A DNA stretch of 56,979 bases from Octopus bimaculoides (Eukaryota), in contig NC_068986.1 of NCBI RefSeq assembly GCF_001194135.2, positions 96,090,126-96,147,104 of the forward strand, in the 5' to 3' direction. How positions within the stretch are numbered: the stretch's first letter is position 1; the number at the start of each line of letters is the position of its first letter. Of this stretch, positions 48,297 to 56,979 are shown piece after piece. The notes beneath the pieces were generated by a model. It made no database searches. It saw only the letters and a program-made list of their open reading frames with translations, and was not told the origin of the DNA. Both the position numbers and the translations under genes were made by a program.

Positions 48297-49609
48297 ATAA
48301 CACAATGATTTTTGTATACATATGTATACTTCGTTGTATGTTAGATGTATGAATTAAGTAATGATGAGATAGCCAAAACATGAGAACTAGATTTCCCCAT
48401 AGGACAAAGCTTCTGGTTACAACAAGAATATTCTCTTACAGAGAAAGATGAAGGAAGAGAAATATCTTATTAAACGTGGGTCTAAATGCACGTAGCATTC
48501 GGACGCAATAAAATTCTAAAATATTCCTTGAGACTTTTGGGCACGAAAATTAAACTTTCCTTTGTCTTTCAAAGATGATGGGCTGGAAAAAATGTTAGTC
48601 GGTGTCATAGCAGAGTTTAAGGATAGAGCCAGGAAAAACTCTGGTCCACAGTACCAAATATAGTAATATTAATCGATAGTAGCAATTACCTCTGATCACT
48701 AGCGTAGCTAGAGTGTGTGCCGCCAGGGGCGGCCCGTCCGTTTGCCACCCTCGGATCCACGAAAATCACATATTGCCAACAGTGACTCTCATGGGGTATT
48801 TAACTTTTTCCAGAAACTTAAAAAAAAAAAAAAAGGTACTGATGTTTACAGTTTGATCATTTTTACCCAATCTGATTTGAAGCTATAATTTTGTGCGCGA
48901 CAACACGTGTTGTCAAGTGGAAACAAATAAAATACTGGCGAAATTCTGCTTTATGCACGATATATAAGCCCTCATAACTTTTTTATTTTTCAGATTTTAA
49001 GAAAATTTTTGCGAATTTGTATTCTACACACGGGAATTCATATGATTATGCAAAAACCAAAACCAAAAAATTGGTGCGTGATTTAAGGCCTGTTTAGCTG
49101 TTATTTTTAGCACACCTCACAATCAACTCACACCTCGTGTTTTACACATTTTAAAAAGCAGAAAATGACCACGTGGCCTGACAAGGAGTTGCAAGCAGCT
49201 TGGTCACAACTTTGTTTGTTACTATGAAAACAGGCACCTATATGTCTGTGGTTTTCGGTTGGCTAAAATTACCCAAAATTTGCAAACTTTAAAAGCTTTT
49301 AACTCTTTAATTATTGGTTTATGGTGAAAAAGAATTGCATGCCAATGATTACCATACAAAACTACACCAAAGGACCCAATAAGAAATCAATTGGAACAAA
49401 AATGAAAGAAATTGAGAAGTGGCATCCGAACAGAAAAGATCCGCTAAGTGATTTTTATAGGCGCGAAACTAATGGTGACTTTCTGACCGACCATACGCAC
49501 AATCTTCTAAGCACGTGTGTATGTATATATATACATACGCGCGCGCGCGCACATATATATATATAGTTCAAATTTACAGAAAACAACAAGCAGGTGTATT
49601 AGTATATAT

Positions 49610-49722
<113 letters not shown>

Positions 49723-50464
49723 TCACATTCCTTCTTGACCTCCGTCCTATTGTACACCACTTGCACAAGAACAAAACTGGGGGTATACATGACACTATGA
49801 AAATAGCTGAATGCTACGTTAATCTTTTCAACCAATGAAATTACCGCTCAACAGCCAGACGAACAGATACATATACCGATCTTCCCCCACCCGCCACACA
49901 TACACACATTGAGACTCATAAACACGATCGACATGCTCTGAGAATTTACGACACAAATCTAACTTGTGAGTAAATATAACTACAGTTTTTCTATCTTCAA
50001 ATTTCTAGGCAACAATGTTTTTGGTACTTTGAAATAGCGATCAAGACTGAGCGGGTATGAAGTAGAAAGGGACGCATTTACATGAAAAGTTGCATTTACG
50101 AATTCCATTATGTAATCAAGTCTTATCTTTACAGCTGTATCGGATAATCGATGACTGGTTGATATAACCACGCATAGTATACAAAGAAGTCCAATATTAA
50201 ATCGATATTGTAAGTATATGCATATATTAGCAAAGGAGAAATATCAACAAGCATGGTTTTGATAACTCCGTGCAGCAAAGTCACGATATATCATCAGAAG
50301 AACCAGGCGAATGGAATGGTGAGATATTGGTGATAATATATCAACAAGTCATTGATAATCCGAAAGAGTTGCAATGATAAAACTTGATTGCATCATGTAA
50401 TTTGTATGTGCAACTTTTCATACACATTCTTTACTCCTGTTATAGGCTGTCAGTCTACATACAT

Positions 50465-50496
<32 letters not shown>

Positions 50497-50500
50497 GCAC

Positions 50501-50565
<65 letters not shown>

Positions 50566-50826
50566 ATATGAGGGGTTTAGTTCATTGGTGATCTAAACGA
50601 ATAGGTACGCTGTGTAAGTGCTGAAATTGGTCAAACGTTAGGTTCCAAGTTCACAGCTGAGGTTGGAGTTAGGGATCCGTAGTAGGCTTCCGAGTTAGAG
50701 AAAAAAGGACAACAAAACCAAGGCAGCACGAGTAACCAAAGCAGCATAAGTCATTTAGTATATTTAATTAGGGTAAGGTGAATTTGAATAAGGTGAATTA
50801 ATTAGTTAATTAATTAATTAATGGAT

Positions 50827-50900
50827 TCTTACAGCTGCTTCTGGGATATCCCAAGTGATAGGTTAGCATCTTCATACATTGGGTATCCCGTCATCAGAGA
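50827..50900 (-). ncRNA. Degenerate hammerhead-like motif with extended stem II
   Basis: UCU-CUGAUGA-C-GGGAUA-CCCAA…UUGGG-A-UAUCCC-A-GAAG-CAGCUG-UA-AGA. Confidence 0.5.
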
Positions 50901-51559
50901 CAAGGTGAGTAAGTATGAAAGTTCTAAGCAGGGAATTCACAGTTTATAAAGGAATGAAAAAGTAGGTGGAAGAATAAAGAGTAGAACAGTACATAGAAGA
51001 ATAGAGAAGTTCACAGCTCATCTTCTTGCTATGGGTATGGGGGTTGGTCCGTACTTATGTGAAGGTATAAGTTCTTAAGTATAATCCCAGGTAAATAAAG
51101 GCAGTATTTTGAATGTTGCGTTCCTGTTGAAGGACTAGATTAAGTGGTTAGTTAGTATGAAAATGGTCCATGTGAGTATATAGAGTGAGAAAGACAGAGA
51201 GAAACGAAAGGAATGGGAGAAGTGTGGGAAAGAATGAAAGAGGGCGAAAATAAAATAAAAATCAGAAATCAAAATAAAGGTAAAGGTAGGATGCCAGTAT
51301 TATTCTTCGCTAGGGTCGGTTCGGAGTGATAAGTCCCGCATTAAGGTTTTGATAAAGTGGAGGAGGAAGGCATTTATGGCTATTAATTAAATAGATGACT
51401 TCTAGGTTCGGTGTGGTCAGAAAGAATATTCATTTTAGTGGTCAGTAAGGAAGGCTAAAAATAGCTAAAAAAATAGATGCCTAAATTAAGGGAATATATA
51501 TAGGATTAAAAATACAGTTAAATGGATAAAAGATAAAAAATTAAAGAATTAAAAATTAA

Positions 51560-52912
51560 AAGTACTTCAGGAAATATGTCTTTAAATTTTTTCTTCAATT
51601 CATCTGCTGAGTTATTTTCACTAGTTTATTTTTTTACAGAACAACTCCAACCAGTCCGTACCTAACGGATTGGTTGTGTTGTTTACCATGAAAACTTTTG
51701 CTCTACAGGTTTTCCCAAAAATGTGATATCGCTCTACATTTCGCCTACGGATTGTAGTTTTTCATCTGTTCCGCCTCATACAATTTTTATGTTTTTCTTA
51801 ACGTAGGTTTCCCAATTCTTTTCCACGTGTCGGTATTACTAATCGAGATGTCGCTACCAGTATCTTTTTGTAATTTAATATTCAGTTGGTTTACTTTTAC
51901 ATGTACAAATTACCTTTTTTTGGTATCACTTCTACTTTCCATTGAGAAAACTTTTGAATTTTTTACATTCGATCTTCCTAACTTTGCTCCGCAATGTGAA
52001 CTCTTGTGTTCTACTTTTTGGCAACTGTAATATTTTTGCGTTTTAACAGGACAATCCTTCTTGAAACGTAGGGCTCCACATCCGTAGCATCAGTTTGGTC
52101 TTACTTTTTTTTTTGTTGTTTATACCTTCTCGGTTGATATGCTTGTACTTGTGAGAACTCGTCTTCAATTTTTTTTTTACGTCCTGACGTAAGTTTACCA
52201 TTCTTTGACACTTCTCTGCAGTTGTCTGCAGAGTTAAGCTTTGGTCCGCTTGCACGTATCTCCGCATCTTTGTTTGCCGTAAGCCCTTGTACAAAAATGA
52301 GGCACTTAAACATATCAGGAGTTTGTTCCTTTAGTTTAAACCTTTCGCACATTTGGTTTACGGTCCCAGCATACGTGACAAAATCTTCACCCCCTTTTTA
52401 AACTAGATTCGAACACTTCCATCGAGTGTTAAATAGGGAACTCTTATCACTGAATATTTTTGATAGTAGTTCGACTGTTTCCTGGAAACAAATTTCACTA
52501 GTTTTTGTGGGGTAGTATGAAATTACAATAGTTTTCATGTTCAGCCGGCGCTAATTTATGTAATAATAGTCTTACTTTTCTTTGTCTGTCCACGACTTGC
52601 AATCTCCCCTGAAGATTTCTTCGTACCTTCTAAAGTACGCTGCAAACGTTATACTCTTCTCTGAGTCATAACTGAATTCTGTTATAGAGTTCGATACGCC
52701 GTCTGGCGAAAACGAACTTATAGTGTTTCCGGACTTCTTAAGACATAGCTCCATTAGCTGTGGTTATTTTTGTTGCTGTTGTAGTTGTTGCTACAACTTC
52801 TGTTGCTGTTCTTGCTGTTGCTTTTGCTAATAGGTCTTCCATAATTAACAACTTTATATCACAAAAAATTATGAAGTGACCTGCGTGAGCTTCGAATCCT
52901 CGTCGCCAATAT
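51560..52912 (-). mobile_element. Ty3/Gypsy (Mag-like) gag-protease, decayed, truncated at the pol start
   Basis: SITEFSYD…FAAYFRRYEEIF…, CERFKL…DMFKCLIFVQGLTA…DAEIR, a double CCHC-like knuckle, DTGSDISI (~51845-51870), LGTDWLELF; PBS TGGCGACGAG at 52899-52908. Confidence 0.88.
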
Positions 52913-53173
52913 TGTTGTATCACCAATTGTTATATCGGTACTTTTTTTTACACTATAACCGTGTAGTAGCATATAACTAAGCAGGGTAACAATTCAACAA
53001 ACTCTCCCCGAACTATGCACGAACCAACAAACGATGTTCCGACAAAGTACAAAAACGACACCTTACGACTTCCTGCGATTAACTCCTACTCTCCCCTCAC
53101 TCAGACCGCTACTATTTATACTCGTTCGGTTAAGTCTATTCTCGCAGGTGGTGTCGTGACACACGCCACAACA
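52913..53173 (-). mobile_element. 5' LTR of the Gypsy element (261 bp)
   Basis: Termini TGTTGT…ACAACA, TATAAATA, PBS 4 nt downstream. Confidence 0.85.
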
Positions 53174-53689
53174 CAGATATATATTCAGTCGCACACACAG
53201 AGACCCCCCCCNNNNNNNNNNNNNNNNNNNNNNNNNNNNNNNNNNNNNNNNNNNNNNNNNNNNNNNNNNNNNNNNNNNNNNNNNNNNNNNNNNNNNNNNN
53301 NNNNNNNNNNNNNNNNNNNNNNNNNNNNNNNNNNNNNNNNNNNNNNNNNNNNNNNNNNNNNNNNNNNNNNNNNNNNNNNNNNNNNNNNNNNNNNNNNNNN
53401 NNNNNNNNNNNNNNNNNNNNNNNNNNNNNNNNNNNNNNNNNNNNCCCCACACACACACACAAATACTCGCACAAACACTCACATATGCACGCGCGCACAC
53501 ATCCCGACCCACGCAACATGTATATATATATACGTATATATATATATGTGTGTGTGTGTATACATGTATGTATACTCGCATACACAATTACATGGATTTG
53601 TACATTCATAGATACATACACATATGCACACACCCATATACATACATACACACATACGCACATATAAATACACACATACACACACACAC

Positions 53690-53724
<35 letters not shown>

Positions 53725-53815
53725 TAGATATATGCATACATACATATATACATACATGTACCTACACATACACACTTATACACGTACATATAAAATAAAT
53801 ACATACCCACACGAA

Positions 53816-53938
53816 GGCGGCGAGCTGGCAGAAACGTTAGCACGCCGGGCGAAATGCTTAGCGGTATTTCGTNNNNNNNNNNGTCTGTCTTTGCTTGTCC
53901 CCTCTGTGTGTAGCCCCTTGTGGGTAGTAAAGAAATAA
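53816..53938 (+). mobile_element. SINE family B (gap-collapsed)
   Basis: GGCGAGCTGGCAGAAACGTTAGCACGCCGGGCG head and …GTGGGTAGTAAAGAAATA tail. Confidence 0.85.
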
Positions 53939-54586
53939 CACACACATTCACACACACAAATATATATGTAGGTATACACACACACACACACACACATACC
54001 CATATACACATATATATACTCACATATATACCTGGATATATAATCCCACACACATTAGCGGTAAAATAATAAGAGATTGGACAGGGTAATTCCAAACTAA
54101 ATACAATTATACAGGTATGGTTGAAATGAACAAAAAACGAAAGTACGGGTGAAACACATATCTCTCTATCCATACACACCGATACATATACATACAAACC
54201 CGCACATATATCCAAGTACATGCAAGTATACAAATAAGCACCAACACACACACATTTTATATATATATGGATACACATACATACATACATACATACATAC
54301 AGCCATAGGTATACAAACACACAGATCCATACACAAACGTGGATTATTTACTTTTCCCCAAACCATATGACGGTTTAATCGTCGTGAAACTTGGATTTTC
54401 TACACCAGAAGTATTCCGGCCTTGGCTTGGATCCCGACAGTGATAATAGTCCAGTATTCGGGTTGAGTCCTTCTCTGGAATTACCCCAGCTTCACACACG
54501 TCTGACTTTAGCCATTTGCCCTGTACCAAATATGCACTTCGTATATTCAAACCTATCTGATTGAGCGCTGAAAGAGTCTTTCCAAA

Positions 54587-56940
54587 ATGATGAAGAGTAT
54601 TCACATTGATGCGTCTCTGAAAAACATACCACTCCCTAGTAAAGCTGTATACACCAAACTCCTTATTCAGAAGAGCAATTCTTTTATCAGACGTATGAGA
54701 TGGAAGGGATTCTACTTCGAACATCAAACAAACAGTAATAAGAATAATAAAACGGACGAAACTGAACTCCAACTTGAACAGGGATTCAAATCCAAAAGGA
54801 ACCCCCACCCACCCCACAACACATCACTCGATGCTTTCGAGGATGATTTGATAGCTATGATACGCAGCTTGAAGTTTAAGAAAAACCCACTACGCAAGAA
54901 TAATCACCTTAGGAAGCTTAGAGAGCTCATCAAGGAGCTCAAGAAATGTGATGAAGGACTCGTGCAATCGGATAAAACCAGCACCTTATTCAACTTAAGT
55001 ATTGATCATTACAGGGTTCTCATAACGAAGGAGATATTCAAGGGATACAAATCCACACATTCATCTACCTTGGATAACATCAACCAGGAAGGATGCAAAA
55101 TAGTAGAGTACCTAAAAATTCAAGACAGAACGGAGCCTTATGTACCCAAACAACCTAGGATTACATTAAAAGACCACAAACCGGATTTTCTCGTCAACAT
55201 ACCCACCAGGCTTGCTGTCCCTTGCAAATCGGATATTGGGCGCATAAGTAAAAAATTATAGACAAAATACTCCCTAATTTCAGGGAACTTGTATTACTTG
55301 ACCTTTAGTCGGACACCACGGACGTCATATGCTGGTTTAGCAAGTTACCTCACAAAACAGACACTAACTTTCTACAGATTGACATCGATTCATATTACTC
55401 CTCTGTTAACCATATACTCCTAAATAAGGCCCTGGACTAAAATGTCTTTATCTAGGAAGGAGGTAGATATGATCTTAGTGGCTAGGAGAACCTTAATTAC
55501 ATTCGACGACCGACTATGAACTCGTAAGGATAGGGCAGGGAATTTTAGGTGCTTGTGAGTCGGCACAAATCACCGATTTACTTGGCTTGTTCCTATTGCA
55601 CCAGTTAAAGTCCGCCTTCCCGGATATGGAAGGCGGTCTTTATAGGGATGATGCTTTGTTCACATTCTTCAAATATAGTAAGGTAAAACTCGAGAGAATC
55701 AACAAGAGGATTCGAAGCCTTTTCTGTAACATTGGGCTCTCTGTAACAATAGACAGTAACCATAGAATAGTTAACTTCCTAGATGTAACGCTGAACTTCG
55801 AACCGGGTTTGTATAGCCCTTATCATAAACCTAATGAAAACCTCCAGTATATTAATAGATACTCTAACTACCCCAGGACGGTAGTAAGATCAATCGTAAA
55901 AGGCGTCTCCGCTAGAATATCAAGGTTGTCTTCGAATAAGAATATCTTCTCACAGAACACCCATTACTACAATGAAGCATTGGTCAGAGCTAGATACACA
56001 GCTAAGATCACATGCATACCAGCGGCGGACGCACCTGGCCCCACTCTCGATCACCTCCCATTACCTCATAACTATGAATCAAACAGGCTAGACCACACAC
56101 CAGGTACCACGGTTTTACGTCCCCACAGATATAGATTAGGTCAACTGCACTCTACAAACGCGATCTCTAAGAAATTAGACCATAGTAATAAAGTCATAGA
56201 GCAACGCCATGAACGTAGGAGAAAACCCGAATATTTCGAACATTGCTTCAGGCATTTTCTTTAGAGCACTAGGCAAATACTTTCCACACACACACAGGTA
56301 CCACAAAATCTTTAAAAGACATAATGTAAAGTTATCCTACTCCACCACGCCTAATTTAGCACAAATCATAGCTACCCTAAATAACAGAAAATTAAACCCC
56401 AGGACAGATTCAGATACACATAATAATCCAGACACACCTCCTTACTCTAATCAGGAGAAGGCTAACGGGCACCAGCCACACATCAACACGACACCTCTCT
56501 CAACGATCCTCGCAAAACTGGGGGCATCTAAAAAGACCTCTCTTATGCAAGTCTCAACAAGGCTTTGTAACTGTCGTGAATCTTCAACGTGTCCCCTGGA
56601 CAACCAGTGCCTCAGGAATAATGTAGTTTATAGGGGCACTGTGACCACCGATAATAATACATTCTACTACATAGGAGCCACTACTTCCAAGTTTAAATGA
56701 TGATATTCTAATCAAGTCCACTCCTTCATGATATTTAATAAGCAAAAGTTCACATCTCTGGCTGAGCTGGTTTGAGACTTAAAATTGAAGAAACCCCATA
56801 CGTGATTTCTTGGTCTGTTGTGACGGTTGGAGTGGCGAACATGCAGCTTCATACATTATCTAGGTGTTACCTGATCGATCATGAACAAAACTCTGAGTAT
56901 TAATAGAATAAATTATAAACTGATTCCTAATATTTATAAA
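54587..56940 (+). mobile_element. Near-complete decayed Penelope-like element (Neptune-type RT and GIY-YIG)
   Basis: KNIPLPS…FIRRMRWK, RITLKDHKPDF…TRL, FLQIDIDSYYSS, YRDD (55641-52), VNFLDVTL…YHKPN, KIFKRHNVKLSY, CNCR…CPLDNQCL…VVY (56623-31)…YIG (56668-76). Several stops and frameshifts. Confidence 0.92.
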
Positions 56941-56979
56941 TTTTCCACTGTATATTGAGTATACTTTTTTCATTATACA

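Noticed and set aside
48697-48711. CACTAGCGTAGCTAG resembling a hAT TIR (CAGTGGCGTAGC type)
   Set aside because: No matching opposite TIR or TSD found. The downstream 48.7-49.5 kb looks transposon-like but remains unassigned.
48899-48914. Perfect 16-bp palindrome GACAACACGTGTTGTC
   Set aside because: About one such palindrome is expected by chance in 57 kb (4^-8 per position).
49980-50171. 63-aa ORF in unique-looking DNA
   Set aside because: No recognisable motif and no convincing splice signals.
54364-54390. ATATGACGG…CGTCGTGAAAC as a PLE 5' hammerhead
   Set aside because: The core is too degenerate (no CUGA), and stems I and III do not close.
54344-54817. 157-aa antisense ORF overlapping the PLE start
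   Set aside because: No recognisable domain; probably a shadow frame.

Overview
AT-rich, microsatellite-dense, gapped eukaryotic scaffold. The repeat families (tRNA-derived SINEs with (GAT)n tails, RTE-type tails) and a degenerate C2H2 zinc-finger array point to a coleoid cephalopod, most likely Octopus; this is recognised from memory and was not searched. I found no intact protein-coding gene. Most ORFs in the track are microsatellite or N-gap artefacts, or decayed transposon frames. Supported content: a fossil hAT (Charlie/Buster-type) transposase split by a 527-bp MITE that carries a perfect telomere-repeat palindrome; a C2H2-ZNF pseudogene (about 14 or more fingers, minus strand) split by SINEs; a 24-bp minisatellite hosting an RTE/RTEX LINE and a mariner MITE; a near full-length R4/Dong LINE plus a second Dong 3' end; two mariner fragments; three Penelope-like (GIY-YIG) fragments and two hammerhead-ribozyme-like motifs; a Helitron 3' end; an RTE fragment; a TRIM-like double-LTR unit; a Gypsy 5'LTR-PBS-gag-pro; and dozens of SINEs. 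The most interesting observations are the hammerhead motifs, the telomeric-palindrome MITE, a roughly 500-bp foldback, the TRIM-like element and a CpG-content transition near 42.5-43.3 kb. Boundaries are approximate unless a TSD or TIR is quoted. All translations were done by hand.
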